Part shown: piece by piece, positions 1 through 5,944 of the stretch | Numbering within the stretch: the stretch's first letter is position 1 | How the letters are laid out: each line of letters opens with the position of its first letter | Source: Octopus sinensis | Lineage: Eukaryota | Direction: 5' to 3' | Assembly (NCBI RefSeq): GCF_006345805.1 | Contig: NW_021829416.1 | Coordinates: 1-6,222, forward strand | DNA length: 6,222 bases | The notes under the pieces: model-generated | The model's database searches: none | Seen by the model: only the letters and a program-made list of their open reading frames with translations | What the model was told of the DNA's origin: nothing | Translations under genes and position numbers: made by a program

Positions 1-246
1 CTGTAGGGTCAACATTCGGCAGACTCTCTTTATCCCATTCATTTTCCTCATTCAGTAACCTTTCATAGTGGCGTCTCAAGCTTCTCTCTTTGCATCCTTA
101 TTTAGCGCAAGTGAACCATCCTCCATGCAAACACATTTCTCTCCACCACATCACGATTCTCTCCACACACTGTCTTGCAACACGAAATACCTCAAGTCTT
201 TCATCCTCACGGCGCAGGACATTGGCAAATTTTCTCTTATCTGCTT
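1..246 (-). mobile_element. Fragment of a non-LTR retrotransposon (RTE-like LINE) ORF2, endonuclease-RT linker region; frameshifted, 5'-truncated at ~246, continues beyond the left edge of the window
   Basis: Minus-strand hand translation across three 1-nt frameshifts gives ADKRKFANVLRREDERLEVFRVARQCV/ENRDV/GEKCVCMEDGSLALNKDAKREA/RRHYERLLNEENEWDKESLPNVDPT. This matches the recalled linker pattern EVFR.AKQ...DVVGEKC....G.L.......AW..HY..LLN.E.EW of RTE-type LINEs. Clade assignment is from memory. Confidence 0.8.
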
Positions 247-264
247 ATATATATATATATATAT
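246..264. repeat. (TA)n microsatellite, ~9 units
   Basis: Directly visible: tatatatatatatatatat. Confidence 0.95.
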
Positions 265-632
265 TTATTTTGAATTAAACATAAATTATTTCCTCTTTTC
301 TATGACATATTTAATTATAGATACCACTTTCTTATTGTTAATAACATTAAAGAATAATCCAAAAACTAAATGTATGTGTGGATACTGTTTTCTGTTTTGG
401 TTGGGGTTGTAGCATTGATAGGTGCATGGCAGTAGTGATCATTCATGTCTATGATAATGTGTTTGATTGACAGTATTCAAAGAGGAATCAGATAAAAAAT
501 TTAAAGAAAACAAAAAATGATTGTTGAAAATGAAAATATATTCTATTGTTAAAATAATTACAGTAATTTAGTGTTACGGACATGCTCTTCTTGTAACTCT
601 AATCTGTTACCATGACCATTTCTGCAACCGAA

Positions 633-727
633 ACCACCACCATTACTACTACCATTGCTACTCCTCTTCTTACTACTACTACTTCTACCATCAATACTAC
701 TACTACCAGTACCTCCACTACCTCTAT

Positions 728-770
<43 letters not shown>
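633..770. repeat. Compound (ACC/ACT)n trinucleotide microsatellite with a perfect (TAC)14 core at 728-769
   Basis: Directly visible. It explains the poly-Thr/Leu/Ser/Val ORFs at 558-864. Confidence 0.95.
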
Positions 771-771
<1 letters not shown>

Positions 772-781
772 AAAATTTTAA

Positions 782-990
782 AAACATTAGTAACTTTCAA
801 AGTTTGGCACAAGGCCAGCATTTTTAAGGGGAGGAAAAAATGTAAATTACATTCACCCCTATAATTGGTACTTAATCAAACTTAAAGCAATGAAAAGCAA
901 AGTTGATTCAGGCAAGATTTGAACTCAGAACATAAAGTATGAACAGAAGTATCACTGATCATTTTTTCCATGATCTTATAATCCTGCTCT
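782..990 (-). mobile_element. tRNA-derived SINE, copy 1 (decayed)
   Basis: Pol III B-box-like GAGTTCAAATCTT on the minus strand (926-914). It shares blocks ggcacaaggcc, ggggagg and tgaaaagcaaagttga with the next three copies and resembles an abundant octopus SINE as I recall it. Confidence 0.75.
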
Positions 991-1201
991 TAATGATAAT
1001 AGTTTCAACTTTTAGTACTTTTAGTGGGTAGGACAAGTTGATTACATTATCCCTCTACTAGATTAGTATTTTATATTATTGACCCCAAAAAGATGAAAGG
1101 CAAAGCTGAGTTCAGTGGTATTTGAATTCAGAATGTAGAGCCAAAAGAAATACCACAAAGCTTCTTGTCCAACACAGCAATGATCCTGCCAGCTCATGCC
1201 C
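991..1201 (-). mobile_element. tRNA-derived SINE, copy 2 (best preserved)
   Basis: Minus strand starts GGCATGAGCTGGCAGGATCATT (A-box region) and has GAATTCAAATACC (B-box-like, 1129-1117). The core on + is gaccccaaaaagatgaaaggcaaag (1081-1105), followed toward the 3' end by a short (ATT)-like tail. Confidence 0.8.
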
Positions 1202-1441
1202 TTATAATAATAAGGTTAAATGTCTCAAATTTAAACATAAGGCCAGCAATATTTAGGGGGGAGGATAAATCAATTATATCGACCCCAGGGTTCAACTAAT
1301 ACTTATTTTATCAAGCCTTCTCCCCTCCCTCTAAGGATCAAAGGCAGTCAATCTTCACAGAATTTTAACACAACATAAAGATGAAGAAAATGCTGCAAAG
1401 CATTTTGTCTAGCATACTAATGATTTTTGTCACCTCACTAC
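1202..1441 (-). mobile_element. tRNA-derived SINE, copy 3 (decayed)
   Basis: Contains cataaggccagcaatatttagggggagga, atcgaccccag, aaggatcaaaggc and aaagcattttgtc in the same order as copies 1 and 2. Its taataataa tail abuts the head of copy 2. Confidence 0.75.
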
Positions 1442-1442
1442 C

Positions 1443-1487
1443 TTAATAATAATTATTATTATTGTTGTTGTTGTTGTTGTTGTTGTT
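1443..1487. repeat. (AAT)/(ATT)n-(GTT)8 compound microsatellite, the tail of SINE copy 4
   Basis: Directly visible: taataataattattattattgttgttgttgttgttgttgttgtt. Confidence 0.95.
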
Positions 1488-1620
1488 ATAATGTCTATCA
1501 AATTTTGCACAAATGCAACAATTTTTGGATTGAGGGGATGAGTCAAGTTGACTTCAGTGGGATTAGAACTCAGAATGTAAAGAATTGGAAGCAATACCAA
1601 AAAGAATTTAGTTGTATAGT
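1488..1620 (-). mobile_element. tRNA-derived SINE, copy 4 (internally deleted)
   Basis: Has the gcacaaatgc...ttttggattgagggg block and the gggattagaactcagaatgtaaag (B-box region) block, but lacks the central gacccc...gaaaggcaaa segment. Confidence 0.65.
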
Positions 1621-1784
1621 TTCTTTTTTGTTTATGAAACATGTGAGGTGGTACGAATATTAAATAGTTATACACAAACTTTCTTGTTTTGTCATGTGTA
1701 TATATTCTGTGACATACCCAACTGTGGATTCCTAACAATGCATGGTTAATAATGTAACTTCTTGTGGTCTCCCATTAGATACAC

Positions 1785-2049
1785 ACATGGCACAAAAATA
1801 CCTCCCTCAATACTACTCCCTCCTCTGTTGAGGGTTTTTGTCTTGTAAAATACTTTGTGATTTCACCAGGGCTGCTGTCACATAAAAGGCACCTAGTACA
1901 GTGTGTAAAGTGGTGAGCATTAAGAAAAGCATCCAGCTGTAGAAACCATGCCAGAACAGACAGTTGAACTTGGCACAGTCTTCTAGCTTACCAGCTTCTA
2001 ACAAAGCATGTAAGCATTGAAAACAGACTTTAAATGATGAAGTGATGAC
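1785..2049 (+). mobile_element. 3' end of an RTE-type LINE, or a SINE sharing that tail, ending in a (GAT)n-like tail
   Basis: ggtgagcattaagaaaagcatccagctgtagaaacc (~1912-1947) is a decayed form of the GGTTGGCGTTAGGAAGGGCATCCAGCCGTAGAAAC stem-loop I recall from RTE 3' UTRs. The element ends aaaacagactttaaatgatgaagtgatga. Confidence 0.75.
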
Positions 2050-2066
2050 ATAACTATATATCCATG

Positions 2067-2067
2067 C

Positions 2068-2110
<43 letters not shown>

Positions 2111-2139
2111 GAGAAAGAGAGAGAGAGAGAGAGAGAGAG
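2067..2139. repeat. Compound (CATA)n(TA)n and (GA)n microsatellite
   Basis: Directly visible: (CATA)4, (TA)~13 at 2081-2106 and (GA)~15 at 2110-2139. Confidence 0.95.
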
Positions 2140-3038
2140 TTGAGTGAAGGAGAAAAGGAGCAGATCCAACTTACAGAGTGCAAATGACAGAGAAAATTAA
2201 AGGGGAGGATATAAGTCTAACAGCTGTTTCTGGGAGAATGTTGGTAGATGTATTCATCACAGTATGTAGGCCACAATAGAAGGCAATCAGAATTGGATAA
2301 ATTGAGCTGCCATCAAGAAGTGCAAAGGTGGACAGATTAAATGTGGAGAGCAAGCAGTATTAGAGGAAGGAGGTAGGATGGAGTTATGGCGAGTGTTAAG
2401 ACAGAATGGTGAGAGGAGATAAATAAACTAGTTCAGAAAGAGAGTGGCGGCTTAAGAATGGAAGTATTAAGGAAGTGGTAGTCGATGTGGAGAGTTGAGA
2501 GATGAGTGGGAGGGATGCAGTGGGGTAGTAATTGAAGGGTAGTCAATTATTGGGTTTGTGTATAGTGTTGAGATAGTGAGAAAAAAGGATGACAATTATT
2601 TGAGGGAGGGAAAGACTCTAATTAGGCAACAGAAGGAGATTACTAAAGTATGAACAAAGATATGAGAGAAATAAAGGGATGTGCATAGAGTGGGGAGTTA
2701 GTCGGTGATAGGGTAGCTGTGGTTAGTACTATAATGAAGGTGGATTGGTGGTGGAGGGGGAGTACTGAGGTTTGCAAGGTGTATGAAATTGGTTAGAGGG
2801 TGGATGTTGATTGTTTAGTAGCTAATTGATTGTGGTAGTTGCAAGTGCTCTTGATTGAAGGTGAGAATTGAGACAATGGGGAAAGAATACATTTGTGAGG
2901 GAGGTGGTATGTTGTGGGTAAGAAGAATTTTCAAAGGTAATCATGAGAAGGATGGTATTACTGGAGAAGATGCATTGCTTCGCTAACCTTGTTGTACCCC
3001 AAGGTTAATTATAATTAATGATAATCATTGTTATGAGA

Positions 3039-3919
3039 TTATATAGATTTAATAAAATGAGTAAATGATGAGTAGAACCTGTGTTTACAAGAGAGTATTA
3101 CATCGAGAATCTATTAAGTAATCAGGGATTGGGTTGCAAAGGATGATTAGTGATCCCTTACAAATACCAAGGTTTGAGCTGAACGAGGGAGCCTCCTTAT
3201 GATGGATCGGGATAGAGTAGTTTTGGGATTTGTGGTTATGTATTTAAGTTGCTAAGGTGGTAGAATATTTAAATTTGGATTGGAGAAAGAGTCCATTTGT
3301 GCTCAGTAGCAGTGCTTGAAATTGACATTCTGTCGTTATAGACCCTTACTTGGTGGGAGCATAGTATTATTACTCTGCACTTGTAGACTACATTTTTGCA
3401 TTGACAGAAACCTCCAAGAGGGCTGAATTGAAACACCTAATAATTGCAAGTTTTCCTACCTGTTCTGTGGTTTTCCTACCTACTCTGTGGTCTTCCTACC
3501 TGCTCTAGGAAGAATGTGCAATTTTTGCCTTAAGTTTAGTGTTGAGATAAAGAGTTTCTTTTTACAGAAACCACTTATCTGCTGAGCTGGTTATAGTGTG
3601 GGGCATGATTATTAAAAATATCTTTGTTAGTAGATAAGCTGGAGATTCTGATAAAAATATCTGTGACTATTCTATAGGAGTAAGTTTAGGGTAATTTGAT
3701 AGGATGTAGATATATTGTAATGATTGATAGGGTTTCTAGAAAGGGTGATATAGATTTAAGATGTTTTCCTGTGTGTGTCATTTTCGAATGAGATACCTAG
3801 GTTATGATTTTTTAAAATCCTGTGGAATTGATTCCCTGTAAAGGTATGAGTCTAAGTTTGGATCATTTGAGCACTACTATGTCTTCTACACTGAAAATCT
3901 CTGGACCTCATCTTCTGGC

Positions 3920-3920
<1 letters not shown>
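3039..3920 (-). pseudogene. Degraded PLE ORF: RT C-terminus/thumb plus Cys-rich GIY-YIG endonuclease
   Basis: Hand translation with frameshifts and stops: LYHPF*KPYQSLQYIYILSNYP (~3740-3688); RISSLSTNKDIFNNHAPHYN (3649-3590); TCNY*VFQFSPLGGFCQCKNVVYKCRV...VRVYND (3451-3332); NFKHCY*AQMDSFSNPNL; YSTTLAT; CKHRFYSSFTHFIKSI* (3089-3039). These match the recalled PLE patterns KPY.KPN..P.YI...SNHP, RIS.LSSN..IF...AP.YN, CNC.....CPL.G.C...VVY, YIG, FK.RY..H..SF, ST.L and CRH. Confidence 0.75.
3451..3510. repeat. Tandem repeat, 3 x 20 bp
   Basis: ttttcctacctgttctgtgg / ttttcctacctactctgtgg / tcttcctacctgctctagga. Confidence 0.9.
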
Positions 3921-3970
<50 letters not shown>

Positions 3971-3992
3971 GTGTGTGTGTGTTGTGGTGTGT
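3920..3992. repeat. (TA)n followed by (TG)n microsatellite
   Basis: Directly visible: near-perfect (TA)n at 3920-3970, then interrupted (TG)n. Confidence 0.95.
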
Positions 3993-4008
3993 ATATTGTG
4001 TAAACATA

Positions 4009-4035
4009 CAGGAGTTGGACAAAATAATGGAAACA
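4009..4035 (+). repeat. Left terminal inverted repeat of the Tc1 element
   Basis: CAGGAGTTGGACAAAATAATGGAAACA, immediately preceded by TA. Confidence 0.95.
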
Positions 4036-4068
4036 CCTTAAAATTTCAAACAATTTATTTTATATGGG

Positions 4069-5081
4069 GTAGGGCTGCCTGTAGTAGTAATTACAGCTTA
4101 AATTCTACAAGGTATGAACTTGTACAAAGTTTGAATTGTTTCCAAAAGAATTTTTGTCCATTTTTCAGCTAAAAGAGTCCCCATTCTTGCAGTGATGATG
4201 GTGGAGGGTATTGACTCCTTTTCCTGTTTTCCTAAAGCACCCACAATGTTCAATAATATTGAGATCTGGAGGCTGTGGTGGCAAGATAAGATGTTCAACT
4301 TCTCTAGAATGTTTCTCATGCCATTCAGTAACAACTTTAGCTGCTCTATGAATTGGTGCATTATCATCCTGAAAGATTGCATTTCCCTTCAGAAACAGTT
4401 CTGCAATCATAGGATGAATTTGATCAGATAAATGCTTAAATAGTCTGCCATGAAGGGAAATCATTGGGCTGGCAGATTTCCAAGATATAGCCCCCACCTC
4501 TCAGATCATCATAGATCCTCCTCCATGTTTAACAGTTGGAAAAAGGTAGTCTGGGTCAAAGGCTTGTTTTGGATGTCTCCACATGTATACTCGGCCAGTG
4601 GTCAGAATATGGTAAAGATGACTTGTCCAAGAAAATGACATTCTTCCACTGCTCTAGGGATCAGTTTTGTAGTTTTTTTAACCCCACTCTAAATGCTTTG
4701 CAAAGTTGGTTTTTGAAAGTAGTGGTTTTCTGATTGCAGCCCTCCCATGAAATCCAGCTTTGTGCAACTCCCAGCAATCAGTTTTATGGAAACTGGGTTC
4801 TTGAGATGGTTATTAAGCTCTACAGTTACTTTGGGAGCTGTACTTTTGTGATCCTTTCTAACAATTTGCGTAAGAGTCCAACAGTCCTTATCTGAAGGTT
4901 TTGGTTTTCTTCCAGAGTTTTGTTTTGACTAGAAGGTTTTTCCCACTCCTCTCAAAGGCGGTCATTACTTTTGAGACAGGACTTCATGATACACCAAACA
5001 CTTCGGCTGTTTTCATTACGCTAGCGCCTGCTATACGCACACCACAATTTGACCTCTTTGAAAGTCCAATAGATCTGTCAT
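4069..5081 (-). pseudogene. Tc1 DDE transposase pseudogene with multiple frameshifts and stops
   Basis: Starts at ATG 5081 with MTDLLDFQRGQIV. Further motifs: AGASVMKTAEVFGVS*, ELHKAGFHGRAAIRKPLLSK, WKNVIFLDKS (D1 at 4627-4625), PTVKHGGGSMMI, IFQDDNAPIH (D2 at 4365-4363), PPDLNIIEH (E at 4251-4249) and C-terminal LAEKWTKILLETIQTLYKFIPCRI*AVITTTGSPTPY. An AATAAA lies at 4069-4064 on the minus strand. Confidence 0.93.
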
Positions 5082-5235
5082 TTTAATGAATTTCAGTTAA
5101 CTTTTTCTGTTGATATCTGAAAAGAAACAGCAATTTTAGCAAAACATATTAAGCAATACTAATAATAATTCAAATAACATAAATATAAACAAGCTTTTGA
5201 CAGTTTTATAGATATTTCAAAATTATGATGCTACA

Positions 5236-5262
5236 TGTTTCCATTATTTTGTCCAACCCCTC
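5236..5262 (-). repeat. Right terminal inverted repeat of the Tc1 element
   Basis: TGTTTCCATTATTTTGTCCAACCCCTC followed by TA. It is the reverse complement of the left TIR with 2 mismatches. Confidence 0.95.
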
Positions 5263-5264
5263 TA

Positions 5265-5662
5265 GATCTTCAGATAGCTGTTCCTGAACAATGGGTGCCC
5301 AGAAAAAGAACTGGTATATAAGACCAATAACATGGGTTTGAACAGTAACATACATATATTGGAATGATAGGGAACTCCTTCAAATAAGATATACATTGCA
5401 CCTGGCTTTGTTCAGAGCCAAAAACAAAAAACACACAATAATCCTAGCCAATATAGAATAGAGACTGAAAAAGAGAGGTGTGAGCAACATCCAGATAACC
5501 TGGAGTATTATTGCTGAGGCTAACAAGTACAGAGGACGAGGCAGGAAATGCAAGCTTTACATCACTGAAACATTATACATTATCACACCAAAAGTGAAAT
5601 ATTCAAATATTAGGGATGATACCTTCTCCCCTTGCATGCATAAGCAGCATTTCACACTCTGA
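5265..5662 (+). pseudogene. Degraded GIY-YIG endonuclease (C-terminus) of a second Penelope-like element
   Basis: Hand translation across frameshifts: SSDSCS/NNGCPEKELVYKTNNMGLNSN/TYIGMIGNSFK/RYTLHLALFRAKNKKHTIILANIE*RLKKRGVSNIQITWSIIAEANKYRGRGRKCKLYITETLYII...NIRDDTFSPCMHKQHFTL*. This matches the recalled pattern VY...YIG...FK.RY..H...F...W.LK...I.W.I...C.LC..EK..I...N.R.E....C.H. The last part is ORF 5480-5662. Confidence 0.82.
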
Positions 5663-5944
5663 AATTTCAAGCAAATATCCCCACCTACTCTGTCTCCCGT
5701 GCAACCTGATAAATTTTCATTCCAAACATCAGTTATACGCATTATATGAACTTCATGCATAAAAAACACATGACCTCATAAACTTAGCTGCGCTCCTCTC
5801 ACAGATATATATGGGTCTCACACATATCCATGACATTACAAGTTATATACAAACTTATGAACCCATAACACCATAAGTATCACATGAATTATGTGAAAGA
5901 TATGTGAAACCTCACAATATGAGTACACACCCAAACAGACATAC

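Larger units (their letters stand above)
2160..3920 (-). mobile_element. 5'-truncated Penelope-like retroelement (C-terminal GIY-YIG type): ORF remnant ~3920-3039 plus ~880-bp 3' non-coding/pseudo-LTR region
   Basis: ORF remnant motifs are listed in the next feature. The downstream region is pyrimidine-rich on the sense strand and ends in GTGATGA...GAAACAGCTGTT. (TA)n tracts flank both ends. The 3' boundary is approximate. Confidence 0.7.
4009..5262 (-). mobile_element. Full-length (1254 bp) Tc1-family DNA transposon, non-functional
   Basis: 27-bp terminal inverted repeats at 4009-4035 and 5236-5262 (25/27 match), TA target duplication at 4007-4008 and 5263-5264, and an internal transposase remnant on the minus strand. 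Confidence 0.95.

Noticed and set aside
68-412. 114-aa and 62-aa plus-strand ORFs
   Set aside because: They are antisense to the LINE fragment and read through (TA)n (IYIYIY) into AT-rich DNA; no protein signature.
385-480. Possible host exon after a pyrimidine-rich ...ttgtag at ~412
   Set aside because: All three frames hit stops within 60 nt and there is no convincing donor site; unsupported without RNA data.
558-864. Four overlapping ORFs with poly-S, poly-V, poly-T and poly-L (mucin-like or membrane-like appearance)
   Set aside because: These are translations of the (ACT)n microsatellite in stop-free frames.
900-1600. Possible tRNA genes or a CRISPR-like array (recurring gaactcagaa motif at ~200-bp spacing)
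   Set aside because: Only B-box-like remnants are present, with no cloverleaf. The units are diverged SINE bodies, not identical repeats with unique spacers.
1427-1738. ORFs with poly-Cys or poly-Thr/Ile
   Set aside because: They come from the (ATT)(GTT)n tail and SINE copy 4.
1813-2353. 118-aa, 61-aa and 60-aa minus-strand ORFs
   Set aside because: They span the (GA)n/(TA)n repeats, the antisense of the RTE tail, or the PLE 3' non-coding region; no recognisable domain.
4192-5086. Plus-strand ORFs at 4192-4431, 4450-4638, 4536-4733 and 4901-5086
   Set aside because: They are antisense shadows of the transposase pseudogene.
5557-5769. 70-aa minus-strand ORF with a CLKFQSVKCCLC Cys cluster
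   Set aside because: It is antisense to the PLE endonuclease end and its 3' flank; no independent support.
5880-5896. Hairpin TCACAT-GAATT-ATGTGA
   Set aside because: A 6-bp AT-rich stem is expected by chance in 6 kb and has no associated motif.
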